Below, one piece after another: positions 9,368 through 19,754 of a stretch of 46,311 bases of DNA. Each line of letters starts with the position of its first letter. Within the stretch, counting starts at the first letter, position 1. Made by a program: the position numbers and the translations under genes. The DNA is from Polyangiales bacterium (GTDB lineage Bacteria > Myxococcota_A > Polyangia > Polyangiales > JADJQN01): the NCBI GenBank assembly GCA_964202905.1, contig CAXNJO010000018.1:1-46311 (forward strand), written 5' to 3'. The notes under the pieces are model-generated. The model saw only the letters and a program-made list of their open reading frames with translations. It had not been told where the DNA came from and searched no databases.

Positions 9368-10339
9368 TTGACCGTCGCGGCGCCATGGATGAGCATGCGA
9401 CCCGATGGACGCCGCGCGCCGCTTCCCCGCTCCGTGCCCGCGAGGGCGCGCGTGACGTCCCTGCACGAGCGCGCCGGGGCGGCCGCGGGGAGCCCGGAAA
9501 TTCGCTGGTTCAGCGCCGGGTCGCGCGGCCCGGCCGTGCTGCTCGTGATGGGCCTCGGGATGCGCGGGGAGATGTGGCGTCCGCAGATCGAGGGGCTCCG
9601 CGGCGCGCACCGGCTCGCGTGGTTCGACCACCGCGGCGTGGGCGAGAGCGGACCGACGCCATCGCGCCGCCTCCGCATGCACGACATGGCGCGCGACGCG
9701 CTGCGCGTGGCCGATGCGCTCGCCGCCGACGCGCGCGCGTCCGGCGCGGAGCCCGACGCGTGGGAGCGCTTCCACCTCGTCGGCGTGTCGATGGGGGGGA
9801 TGGTCGCGCAGGAGGTGGCCCTGCGCGCCCCCGCGCGTGTCCGCAGCCTCACGCTGATCGCGACCTTCGGCGGCGGGCCGTTGCACGGTCGGCTCCCGAC
9901 GGCCGAGGGGCTGCGCGCCTTCGTCGCGGCGAACCTCGCGCGCGAGCCCGGGGCGCGGGTCCGCGCGCTGCAGGCGCTGCTCTACCCGCCGGAGTACCTC
10001 GCCTCGGCCGACCGCGCCGCGCTCGGCGCGCGGATGCGCGCGCAGCTCTCGGGGCGCGTGCCGCCGCGCACGCTGCTCGGCCAGCTGCACGCGGTCTTTC
10101 GTCACGACGCGCTCGAGCGTCTCCCGGCGCTCACGCTCCCGGCGCTCGTCGTCCGGCCCGGGCGCGACGTGCTCGTGCGCCCCGCGCACAGCGACGCCCT
10201 GCTCGCGCGGCTGCCGCATGCACGGCAACTCGTGTTGCCCGACGCGGGGCACGGCGTGATCTTCCAGCGCGCGCCCGAGCTGAACGCCGCGATCGCCGCG
10301 CTGATCGCGGACGTCGAGCGCGACGCGTCGGGGCCGTAG
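9368..10339 (+). CDS. Alpha/beta-fold hydrolase
   Basis: LLVMGLG, FDHRGVGES, nucleophile GVSMGG, and catalytic His in AGHG. The true start may be GTG 9452. Confidence 0.9.
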   Translation: MTVAAPWMSMRPDGRRAPLPRSVPARARVTSLHERAGAAAGSPEIRWFSAGSRGPAVLLVMGLGMRGEMWRPQIEGLRGAHRLAWFDHRGVGESGPTPSRRLRMHDMARDALRVADALAADARASGAEPDAWERFHLVGVSMGGMVAQEVALRAPARVRSLTLIATFGGGPLHGRLPTAEGLRAFVAANLAREPGARVRALQALLYPPEYLASADRAALGARMRAQLSGRVPPRTLLGQLHAVFRHDALERLPALTLPALVVRPGRDVLVRPAHSDALLARLPHARQLVLPDAGHGVIFQRAPELNAAIAALIADVERDASGP

Positions 10340-10381
10340 TCGCGCAGCCCGGGCGCGGGTCGCCGCCAATGGTGGTCGCGA

Positions 10382-11911
10382 TCAACTGGGGGCGGGCTGC
10401 CGCGTGGCGCTCGCGCGGACGGCCGCGAGCAGCGCGTCGAGATCCGCCTCGCGCGTGTGGGGGCTCATCAGCGTGACGCGGAGCCAGGTGCGGCCGCGCA
10501 GTCGCGTGCGCACGAGATAGAAGTCACCATCGCGAACGAGGGTGTCGCGCACGGCGTCCTGCAGCGCGTCGAGTGCGTCGGCGTCGCCCGCGAGGTGCGT
10601 GGGCTCGACGCGGAAGCAGACGATGTTCGTCGCGGGGCGCACGGCGAGGCGGAGGTCGGGCGCGGCCTCGACGCGATCGGCGAGCGCGGCCGCGAGGGCC
10701 GTGGCGCGGTCGACGTGCGCGGCCAGCAGTCCGGGGCCGTGCACGGCGAGGATCGCGTAGAGGTCGAGGGCGAGGTTCGGTTTGGTGCACTCGAGGGTGC
10801 GCGTGCCGAGGTCGTACCAGCGCTCGCGCGGGTCGCTGCCGCCGAACAGGTACGTGGCCTCCTGCGCGAAGGCCTCCCACGCGCGGCGCCCGTCGCGGTA
10901 GAGAACGGCCGTCGCGAGCGAGGGCACGAGCAGGAGTTTGTGCGCGTCCCACACGAGGCTGTCCGCGCGCGCGACGCCCGCGAGCAGCCCGCGGTGCCGG
11001 GCGGAGAAGAGCGCGCTCGCCCCGTGCGCGCCGTCGACGTGCAGCCAGACGCCGCGCGGCGCGCACACGTCCGCGAGCTCGTCGAGCGGATCGAACGCGC
11101 CCGTCGCCGTCGAGCCCGCGCTCGCGACGACCGCGAACACACGCACGCCGCGGGCGGCTGCGTCGTCGAGCGCCGCGGCGAGCGCGGGGCCGCGCAGCCG
11201 CAGCGTGTCGTCGGTGGGCACGACGACCATGCCGTCGTCGCCGAGCCCCATCACCCGCGCGGCGCGGTCGACGCAGTAGTGCGTCTGGTCGCTGCACACG
11301 AGCGCGAGCGGCGCGTCCCCGCCGCGCAGCCCTCGACGCCACACGTCGTAGCCCGCGCGCGCCTGCCGCGCCGCGAGGAGCGCGGTGAGGTTCCCGACGG
11401 ATCCGCCGGATACGAAGACGCCCTCCGCCGCCGCGCCGAAGCCCGCGCGGCGTGCGAGCGCGTCGAGCACCGCGCGCTCCATGCCGAGGCCCGGCGGGCC
11501 CATCTCGAAGACGGCGAGCCCGTTGTTGAGCAGCCCGCGCGCGAGGTGCGTGATCGCGGTCTGCGGCAGCGGCGCCGCCACCTGGTGCCCGACGTAGCGC
11601 GGGTGGTGCAGGCGCTGCGAGTCCGCGAGCAGCCGCGCGAGCACGGCGTCGAGCGTCGGGCGCGCGTCGGCCGGCGCGTCGTCGGGCGGCAGCGCGAAGG
11701 CCGCGACGGCGTCCTCGGGCGTCTGCCGAGGCAGCACCGGGAGGCCCGGCTCGCCGGTGATGCGTGCGAGGTGATCCGCGAGTCGATCGACCGCCGCGTG
11801 CGCCTCGCGCCGGAAGCGCTCGGGGTCGAGCGCGCGCCGCAGCACGTCCGGGGCGGCGTCGTCCGGCGGCGCGGTGCGCGGCGTGTCGGGCGGGAGGCGC
11901 GGGTCGGTCAC
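10382..11911 (-). CDS. Group II PLP-dependent amino-acid decarboxylase
   Basis: HHPRYVGHQ, SGGSVGNL, AGSTATGAFD, WLHVDGAHG and PLP lysine in DAHK. Confidence 0.92.
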   Translation of the reverse strand: MTDPRLPPDTPRTAPPDDAAPDVLRRALDPERFRREAHAAVDRLADHLARITGEPGLPVLPRQTPEDAVAAFALPPDDAPADARPTLDAVLARLLADSQRLHHPRYVGHQVAAPLPQTAITHLARGLLNNGLAVFEMGPPGLGMERAVLDALARRAGFGAAAEGVFVSGGSVGNLTALLAARQARAGYDVWRRGLRGGDAPLALVCSDQTHYCVDRAARVMGLGDDGMVVVPTDDTLRLRGPALAAALDDAAARGVRVFAVVASAGSTATGAFDPLDELADVCAPRGVWLHVDGAHGASALFSARHRGLLAGVARADSLVWDAHKLLLVPSLATAVLYRDGRRAWEAFAQEATYLFGGSDPRERWYDLGTRTLECTKPNLALDLYAILAVHGPGLLAAHVDRATALAAALADRVEAAPDLRLAVRPATNIVCFRVEPTHLAGDADALDALQDAVRDTLVRDGDFYLVRTRLRGRTWLRVTLMSPHTREADLDALLAAVRASATRQPAPS

Positions 11912-12142
11912 GCGCGGCTTATAGCGCGGGGCCCGGGTCCGCCGCGCGGGGAGACTCTGCGAGGTTTGGTTGCCCCTGGAGAAACATCCGCGTGTGCGCG
12001 CGCTGTCCCATTCGATGTGGGCGATCGGGGCGTCGCGTGCGACCGGTCGCCGGTTTCGGCGCGCATGGCTGATTCATCGTTGCAAAAACGGGAACATGAC
12101 GTCGCGGCGCTTCCGCGCGGCGCGCCGGTCGCGCTCGGCTGA

Positions 12143-12174
12143 CTCCATGCGTTCATGCGCAAGCGCGCATGGAG
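12143..12174. terminator. Stem-loop downstream of the globin gene
   Basis: CTCCATGCG...CGCATGGAG inverted repeat just past the globin stop codon. No U-tract. Confidence 0.4.
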
Positions 12175-12181
12175 GCGGGGC

Positions 12182-12583
12182 TCAGCCCGGCGTGTTGCGG
12201 AGGAAGTCGGCCACCTCCGCGAAGCGCACGTCGAGGAAGGCGCGCACCTCGCCATCGACGCCGCGCGCGTCGAGCGCGCGGGTCATCGCGCGCAGCCAGG
12301 CGTCGCGCATCGCGAGATCGACCGCGACGTGCGCGTGCCGCATCCGCAGCCGCGGGTGGCCGTGCGCGGCCGAATAGTCCGAGGGGCCGCCGAGCCACTG
12401 CACGAGGAAGAGCGCGAAGCGGTCGCGCGTCGTGCGGCTCACGCGGCCCGCGTCGTCGAGCGCGTGCAGCCGCGCGAGCGCGGGCTCGTGCGCGTCCATC
12501 GCGGCGTAGAAGGCCTCGGCGAGGGCGTGCACGGCGCCGGCGCCGCCGAGCAGCTCGAAGGGGGTCGCGGCGGGCGCGTTCAC
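12182..12583 (-). CDS. Group II truncated hemoglobin (trHbO-like)
   Basis: PFELLGG...AFYAAM...FLVQWLGGPSDYSAAHGHPRLRMRH...RDAWLRAM. GTG start at 12583. Confidence 0.9.
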   Translation of the reverse strand: MNAPAATPFELLGGAGAVHALAEAFYAAMDAHEPALARLHALDDAGRVSRTTRDRFALFLVQWLGGPSDYSAAHGHPRLRMRHAHVAVDLAMRDAWLRAMTRALDARGVDGEVRAFLDVRFAEVADFLRNTPG

Positions 12584-12647
12584 GCGGGCGAGGATAGCCG
12601 CGGCGCGGCCCGACGGCCGCTCGCAGATCGTTTCACGCGGTCGCGCG

Positions 12648-12653
12648 TATAAT
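12648..12653 (+). promoter_or_regulatory. Consensus -10 box (TATAAT) upstream of the MNIO locus
   Basis: Perfect TATAAT in very GC-rich DNA about 60 nt before RBS GAGGAGG (12703-12709) and ATG 12716. No clear -35. Confidence 0.5.
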
Positions 12654-12715
12654 GACCGACACCGCGCGGCACCACGAAGAACGTGGGCCAGGGCGGCGGT
12701 CCGAGGAGGCGTGCG

Positions 12716-13141
12716 ATGCGTCTGAAGGCAGCGGTGCTCGAGGTGGTGCGTGGGGCGGCAGGGGCGACGTTGCTCGTCGCGGTCGGTTGTTCGGGGAGCG
12801 AGTCGATCGCGCGGGAGCTGGCCCCGCCCGTCGCGCCTGCGCCGCTCTTCGTCGCGAGCCCGCCGTCGGTGGACCCGGCTCCGGGCACCCTGCCTGCGGG
12901 CAAGCCCGCGGTCACGCCGTCCGTCGTGATCGCGCCTGTCGCGCCGCCGGCCATGCCGCCGACGAACGTCGACGATGTCCTCGCACACGCGGACCCCGAT
13001 CCGACGGCTGCGCCGGTGGGCGATGCGCGCCCGCCGCGTGCGCGTCCCGGTCGAGGCCGCCCTCGCCCCCGGGAGGTCGAGCCCCTCGCGCGACCCATCG
13101 GGCTTCCGCCCAACATCGCCGCCGCGTGCGGGCGCGGCTGA
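12716..13141 (+). CDS. Putative chryseobasin-like RiPP precursor (lipoprotein, C-terminal AAACGRG)
   Basis: Strong RBS, signal with lipobox-like LVAVGC, Pro/Ala-rich linker, and terminal ACGRG* resembling the ChrA CPACGMG tail. Lies directly upstream of the MNIO. Confidence 0.75.
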   Translation: MRLKAAVLEVVRGAAGATLLVAVGCSGSESIARELAPPVAPAPLFVASPPSVDPAPGTLPAGKPAVTPSVVIAPVAPPAMPPTNVDDVLAHADPDPTAAPVGDARPPRARPGRGRPRPREVEPLARPIGLPPNIAAACGRG

Positions 13142-13160
13142 GCGGGGACGGTCGCGGCGC

Positions 13161-14075
13161 GTGACGGCCACGAGCGTGCACGTCGGGCTCTCGCTCTCGC
13201 CGGGCGAAGACTTTCGCCTCGCGACGCTGGCCCTCTTCGAGCGTGGGATCGTCGACGCCGTCGAGTGGAACGTCGACATGGGCTGGTCGTCCGTGGGCGT
13301 GCCCGCCTGGGTGCGCGCGCTCTGCGACGCGTACGGCGAGGCGGGGCGGCTCTCCGGGCACGGCGTCGAGTTCTCGGTGCTGAGCGCGACACTCGATGGG
13401 CGGCAGCAGGCGTGGCTCGCGCGGCTGCGCGAGGAGGTGCGCGCGCGCCGCTACGCGCGGTTGTCCGAGCACTTCGGCTTTCTCACGGCGGGCGCCTTCG
13501 TGAACAACACGGTCATGCCGCAGCCGCGCAGCGAGGCGGCGCTGCGCGTCGGGCGCGACCGGCTCGCGCGGCTCTCGGATGCGGCGGGGATGGCCTTTGG
13601 CCTCGAGAATCTCGCGCTCGCGTTCGGGCCGCGTGACGTCGCGGAACAGCCGGATTTTCTCGAGGATCTGCTCGCGCCGGGCGGCGGCTTCCTGCTGCTC
13701 GATCTGCACAACCTCTACTGCCAGGCCGTGAACTTCGACGTCGCGCCCGAGGCGCTGCTCGCGCGGTATCCGCTCGCGCGCGTCCACGAGCTCCACGTCG
13801 CGGGCGGCGAGCTCGATCATCCGCGCAGCGATCCGCGCGGGCGTCCCTTCCGCCGCGACAGCCACGTCGGGGACGTACCCGACGCGGTGCACGCGCTGCT
13901 GCGTGAGGCGCTGCGGGCCTGCCCGAACCTCGCGACCGTGATCGTCGAGCGCAGCGACCACACCCTGCACGGCGACGCCGAGGTCGCGCGCTTCGTCGCC
14001 GATTTCGAACGCATCCGCGCGATCGTGGGCGAAGAGCGCGGGAACACGCCGCTCGACGACGGGGGGGCCGCATGA
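13161..14075 (+). CDS. Multinuclear non-heme iron oxidase (MNIO, DUF692), ChrH-like
   Basis: Metal-ligand motifs GHGV, LSEHFGF, GLENLA, LLDLHNLYCQ, ELHVAGG, RRDSH and VIVER. GTG start at 13161. Confidence 0.9.
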   Translation: MTATSVHVGLSLSPGEDFRLATLALFERGIVDAVEWNVDMGWSSVGVPAWVRALCDAYGEAGRLSGHGVEFSVLSATLDGRQQAWLARLREEVRARRYARLSEHFGFLTAGAFVNNTVMPQPRSEAALRVGRDRLARLSDAAGMAFGLENLALAFGPRDVAEQPDFLEDLLAPGGGFLLLDLHNLYCQAVNFDVAPEALLARYPLARVHELHVAGGELDHPRSDPRGRPFRRDSHVGDVPDAVHALLREALRACPNLATVIVERSDHTLHGDAEVARFVADFERIRAIVGEERGNTPLDDGGAA

Positions 14076-15436
14076 GCGGCCGGACGCATGCACCCGACGC
14101 TTCGGGGGCGGTGTCGCGCGGCGCGATCGCACAGGACGTCGCGTCGCCGGTCGAGGTCATCACTGAAGACGGTGTCCTTGCGCGTGACGCATCCGCGGAC
14201 GCAGCGACGGCTGACACGCTCGCGCGCTATCAGGCCGGAGTGCTCGACGCGCTCGCAGACGCGCGGCAGCCCGAGGAGGTCGTCCCGAGGCTCCTCGCGG
14301 ATGCATCCCTCGCGGCCTACCACGAGGCGGTGCGCGGCTTCGAGGCGCGCGCGCTCGAGGTGGGCATGGGCCTCGTGCACCGCTGGGGCGAGCGGGAAAT
14401 TCTCCTGAAAAACGGGGAGATGCGTGTCGCCGAGCTCGTCACCGCCGGCGCGCCCTTCGTGCATCGTGCGGCGCCGCTCCCCGTGCCGGGGCCGGGTGAG
14501 GTGCGGCTGCGCGTCGAGGCGAGCGGGCTTTGCGGCACCGACGTGCACCTCTGGCGCGGGGAGTTCACGGCCGCGCTTCCCGTGGTGCCGGGGCACGAGC
14601 CTGTCGGCGTGATCGATGCGATCGGGGCCGGTGTGACGGGCTTCGCGCCGGGCGAGCGCGTGGGCGTGTCGTGGGTGCAGGCGGGCTGCGATCGCTGCGA
14701 CGCCTGTGCGCGCGCACGGCCGAAGTACTGCGTCGCGCCGCGCACCTGGGCGCGCAGCGGCGGCGGACACGCGCAGTGGATGGTGGCCGACGCGCGTGGC
14801 TGCACGCGCGTTCCCGCCGCGCTCTCGGCCGCGGACGCGGCGCCACTCTTCTGTGCCGGGTTCACGGCGATGAGCGGTTATCGACGCGCACGGCCGCGGC
14901 CGGGCGAGGTGATCGGCGTGCTCGGGCTCGGTGGGCTCGGGCACCTCGCCGTGCAGATCGCGCGGGCGCACGGGCACGAGGTCGTCGCGATCACGTCGAG
15001 CGCGAGCAAGCGTGCCGACGCGCTCGCCCTCGGTGCCGACGAGGTGCTCGCCGTGCGCGCCCACGCCGGACACGAGCTCGCGGCGCTCGGCGGGGTGGAC
15101 GTGCTCCTCGGTACGTCGAGCAATCTCGCGCAGACGAGCGAGGCGCTCTTCGGATTGCGGCCCGGCGGGCGGCTCGTCGCGCTCTCCCTGCCCGCGGGCG
15201 CGGGCGCGCGGGCCCTCGCGCTCGATCCGCGCTGCCTCCTCGAGCGGCAGCTCTCCGTGGTCGGCGCGATGCAGGACGAGCGCGCGGATCTCGTCGACGT
15301 CCTCGAACTCGCCGCGAATGGCGCGGTGGTGCCGTGGCTCGAGCGCTATCCGTTTGCGCAACTCGGCCGCGCGATGGCGCGCCTCGCGGAGCGACGCGTG
15401 CGCTATCGCGCGGTGCTCGAACACGTGGCGGGGTGA
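14072..15436 (+). CDS. Zn-dependent medium-chain alcohol dehydrogenase with an extra 116-aa N-terminal domain
   Basis: GLCGTD, GHE, CxxCxxC...C structural Zn site and GLGGLG. The ADH domain starts at Met 14420. ATGA overlap with the MNIO stop. Confidence 0.88.
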   Translation: MSGRTHAPDASGAVSRGAIAQDVASPVEVITEDGVLARDASADAATADTLARYQAGVLDALADARQPEEVVPRLLADASLAAYHEAVRGFEARALEVGMGLVHRWGEREILLKNGEMRVAELVTAGAPFVHRAAPLPVPGPGEVRLRVEASGLCGTDVHLWRGEFTAALPVVPGHEPVGVIDAIGAGVTGFAPGERVGVSWVQAGCDRCDACARARPKYCVAPRTWARSGGGHAQWMVADARGCTRVPAALSAADAAPLFCAGFTAMSGYRRARPRPGEVIGVLGLGGLGHLAVQIARAHGHEVVAITSSASKRADALALGADEVLAVRAHAGHELAALGGVDVLLGTSSNLAQTSEALFGLRPGGRLVALSLPAGAGARALALDPRCLLERQLSVVGAMQDERADLVDVLELAANGAVVPWLERYPFAQLGRAMARLAERRVRYRAVLEHVAG

Positions 15437-15455
15437 ACGCGCCGCGTGGTCGTCG

Positions 15456-16511
15456 TCAGGTCGCAGCGGCGAGCGCGGGCGCGCGGGCGGCGAGGGCGCG
15501 ACGTCCCGGGCGTGCCGCGTCGTCGGCGTCGGCCGCGTAGAACTGCCTCGCCCAGCGGCGGTAGCGCCCGATGGGGCCGTCGCCGTCCGCGAGCGCCGGC
15601 CGCGGCTCGTAGCGCTTGTTCTTCCAGTAGATGAAGTCCTGCTCGACGTCGTGGGCGTAGAGCGCGAGCGCGCCCGGCGCGACGAGATGCTCGAGCACCC
15701 AGCGCGGCAGCAGCGCGAAGGGCCGCCGCGAGCCGTCGCCGCCGAGGCTGATGGCCGCGCAGAGCTCGATCTCGCCGCTCGCCGTCGGCGTCACGGCGAC
15801 GAGGTTGCGCGCGCGGAAACCGAGGCTCGCGATGTGCACGTCGACGAGCGTGCAGCCGAGGCCCCAGACCTCGCCGGCGATCGCGATCGTCAGGCGCGGA
15901 CCCCTGCGGCCGGCGATACCGGGGAGCGGGCGCTGGAAGTCGTACCAGACCTTGAGGCACGGCCCGACCGCCTCGGGCTCGCGCAGCTCGCGCACCGCGT
16001 GGTAGCCGTGCACCCAGGCGAAGTGCCCGAGATCGACGGAATTCTCGGCGATGTCCTGCGGGTGCGTCGGGAGCCGCCACGTGGTCGAGCGCCAGGACGT
16101 CCAGCCCGCTTCGTCGAGCGTCGGGAGCTCCCAGTCGGCCTTGGTGCCCGCGGGGTCGTACCACGCGAAGATCTGCCCGTAGGCCTCGCGCGTCGCCCAC
16201 GGGGAGAGGCGCGCGGTCGGCGGGGGCTTCGTGCCGTAGCCCGTCTCGACGCACTGCCCGCTCGCGTCGAAGCGCATGCCGTGGAAGCCGCAGCGCAGCC
16301 GCTCGCCCTCGACCTTGCCGCAGTGTCCGAGGTGCGCGCCGAGGTGCGGGCACCAGGCACCCGCGACGCGCGGCTCCCCCGCCGCCGTGCGGAACACGAC
16401 CAACTCCTGCCCGTCGATCCGCGCGGGCCGCACGTCTCCGACGCGCAGCGACCCCGCATCCGCGACCCTGTGCCAGCCCTTCGGGACCGGCAGCGTCCAC
16501 TCGCCACTCAT
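15456..16511 (-). CDS. Rieske [2Fe-2S] oxygenase, KshA/sterol-desaturase-like
   Basis: CPHLG...CGFHG Rieske motif, ENSVDLGHFAWVH mononuclear iron motif and QDFIYWKNK. Confidence 0.88.
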   Translation of the reverse strand: MSGEWTLPVPKGWHRVADAGSLRVGDVRPARIDGQELVVFRTAAGEPRVAGAWCPHLGAHLGHCGKVEGERLRCGFHGMRFDASGQCVETGYGTKPPPTARLSPWATREAYGQIFAWYDPAGTKADWELPTLDEAGWTSWRSTTWRLPTHPQDIAENSVDLGHFAWVHGYHAVRELREPEAVGPCLKVWYDFQRPLPGIAGRRGPRLTIAIAGEVWGLGCTLVDVHIASLGFRARNLVAVTPTASGEIELCAAISLGGDGSRRPFALLPRWVLEHLVAPGALALYAHDVEQDFIYWKNKRYEPRPALADGDGPIGRYRRWARQFYAADADDAARPGRRALAARAPALAAAT

Positions 16512-16570
16512 CGGCCCACGATAGACGAAGCGCGTCGCGCCGCGCAACGGTGCTCGACGCCCGGGAGGCG

Positions 16571-17290
16571 CTACTCCGCGGCCTCGGCCTCGAGCGCCTC
16601 CGGAACCGGCCCCGCCACCACCGCCGCCGGGACCGTGCCGACGGCCCGCTGCAGGTGGTGGATGGCTCGCTTCTGGAGTTGGCAGACGCGGGACTCGCTG
16701 ATGCCCATGCGGTCGCCGATCTCGCGGAGCGCGAGGCCCTCGAAGAGCGCCAGCTCGACCGCCGCGCGCTGCCGCGGGGGCAGCTGCGCGACCGCGGCGA
16801 GCAAGCCGTCGCGCCGCGCGTTGGCGAAGAGCGTCTCTTCGGCGGTCGGCGAGCGGGTGTCCTCGAGACGCAGGCCGAGGGGCTCCCCATCGGGGGGGGC
16901 CGAGTCGAACGAGATGAGCCGCCGCGCGGCGATGACGCGCCCGCGCTCGGCGAGCTCACCCTCCGGCAGCTCGCCCGCCGCGTGCCGCACGGCGACACGC
17001 GTCTCGTCGCGCGAGCGCAGGTCGAGGCGGCGCACGGCGTCGATCATGCGCTGACGGATCCGCGTGCGGACCCAGGTGCGCTCCTCGATGCCGAAGCCCT
17101 CGTACGTGGAGAGCGCCTCGAGCACGGCGACGCGCCCCTCGGCGCAGAGGTCGTCCTCGTCGAGGGCCTGGCCGAGCGCGGCGAGCGGGCGCAGGCGCCG
17201 CGCGAGCATGCGGACCATCGGCTCGTAGCGCGTGAGCGCCTCGCGGGCTGCCGCGTTGGTCCAAGTCATCCGTGCCGTCCGCTTCTCCAT
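16571..17290 (-). CDS. FliA/WhiG-like (sigma-28 group) RNA polymerase sigma factor
   Basis: Region 2 DEDDLCAEGRVAVLEA...RIRQRMIDAVRRLD and region 4 LREIGDRMGISESRVCQL. Confidence 0.88.
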   Translation of the reverse strand: MEKRTARMTWTNAAAREALTRYEPMVRMLARRLRPLAALGQALDEDDLCAEGRVAVLEALSTYEGFGIEERTWVRTRIRQRMIDAVRRLDLRSRDETRVAVRHAAGELPEGELAERGRVIAARRLISFDSAPPDGEPLGLRLEDTRSPTAEETLFANARRDGLLAAVAQLPPRQRAAVELALFEGLALREIGDRMGISESRVCQLQKRAIHHLQRAVGTVPAAVVAGPVPEALEAEAAE

Positions 17291-17340
17291 GGAACTCCCC
17301 CGTGCTTGGTCCCGACCGCTCGTCGTGCCCGGCGCGGCTA

Positions 17341-17356
17341 TGCGACGACCGTGCCA
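17341..17356 (-). promoter_or_regulatory. Sigma54 (-24/-12) promoter for the FliA-like sigma gene
   Basis: Minus strand TGGCACGGTCGTCGCA has exact GG-N10-GC spacing, 50 nt upstream of ATG 17290. Confidence 0.75.
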
Positions 17357-17440
17357 GCGGACGGTCGGCCACGCATCCGAAAAATGAAGGAGAAAAGCCG
17401 CGGATTTCGGGGAGCGTTGGACGGGGCGCGGATCGGGTTC

Positions 17441-17506
17441 GTGCGAAAGTGTTCGATGTTGTGCGATTTCGAGGGAGAATCCGATCGGATTCGCACGCAT
17501 CCGCAC
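17441..17506. promoter_or_regulatory. Candidate enhancer (UAS) region
   Basis: GTGCGA at 17441 and 17461, inverted TCGCAC at 17491, and perfect palindrome GAATCCGATCGGATTC at 17477-17492, about 85-150 bp upstream of the sigma54 promoter. Confidence 0.45.
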
Positions 17507-17538
17507 ACTTCGGATCGCCGGGAGGCGCACGAGCGCCG

Positions 17539-19023
<1,485 letters not shown>

Positions 19024-19071
19024 CGCGCGCGCAGTCTAGCGCGGTGGGGGCGGCGCACCCGCGCGGGCCGT

Positions 19072-19704
19072 TCAGCGTGCGATCGGCGCGTGGACGCGCG
19101 CGTCGGTCACGACCCGCGAGACGGGCACGTCGCCCGGTGTGTCCGGCAACTCGGGGACCAATTGGAAGTCGAACGCGACCCCGATGGTCACGGCGCGGGT
19201 GAGCGTCGGCAGGAGTTTGTCGTAGAAACCGGCGCCGTAGCCGAGGCGGTGTCCGCGCTCGTCGAACACGAGGCCCGGGACGAGCACGAGGTCGACGTTG
19301 TGTGGCGCGACGATGGGTGCGTCCGCGCGCGGCTCGGACACGCCGAAGGAACTCGTCTCGAGGGGCGCGGAGGGGCCGTGCACGTGCAGGACGAGGACGT
19401 CGTGCTCGGGGTCCACGCGGGGCAGCAGCACCGTCTTGCCGGCGGCGCGCGCCTCGGCGAGCAGCGTCGCGAGGTCCACCTCGCCGCGCACCGCGATGAA
19501 CGCCGCGACGGTGCGCGCCCGCGCGTAGGAGGGGTCATCCCGGAGCCGCGCGACGATGGCGCGTGAGCGCTCGGCCCGCGCCTCCGCGGCGATGGCCCCG
19601 CGGACGCCGCGCATGCGCCGCCGCAGCTCCGACTTCACGTGGAAGCGCACCTGCTGCTCGTACTCGGGGGGCATCTCGGGGCGCACGCTCACGCGCGCGA
19701 GCAT
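19072..19704 (-). CDS. ygfA: 5-formyltetrahydrofolate cyclo-ligase
   Basis: KSELRRRM, VLLPRV, DLVLVPGLVFDERGHRLGYGAGFYD. Start uncertain (19674-19728). Confidence 0.93.
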   Translation of the reverse strand: MLARVSVRPEMPPEYEQQVRFHVKSELRRRMRGVRGAIAAEARAERSRAIVARLRDDPSYARARTVAAFIAVRGEVDLATLLAEARAAGKTVLLPRVDPEHDVLVLHVHGPSAPLETSSFGVSEPRADAPIVAPHNVDLVLVPGLVFDERGHRLGYGAGFYDKLLPTLTRAVTIGVAFDFQLVPELPDTPGDVPVSRVVTDARVHAPIAR

Positions 19705-19754
19705 AGGCGAGCCGTCCGTGTCGGCCACCCCGGTGCGGTGCGGTGCGGCGGCGC

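Noticed and set aside
12065..12142. 25-aa ORF MADSSLQKREHD... as an extra RiPP precursor
   Set aside because: No RBS, no Cys, and separated from the MNIO operon by the globin gene.
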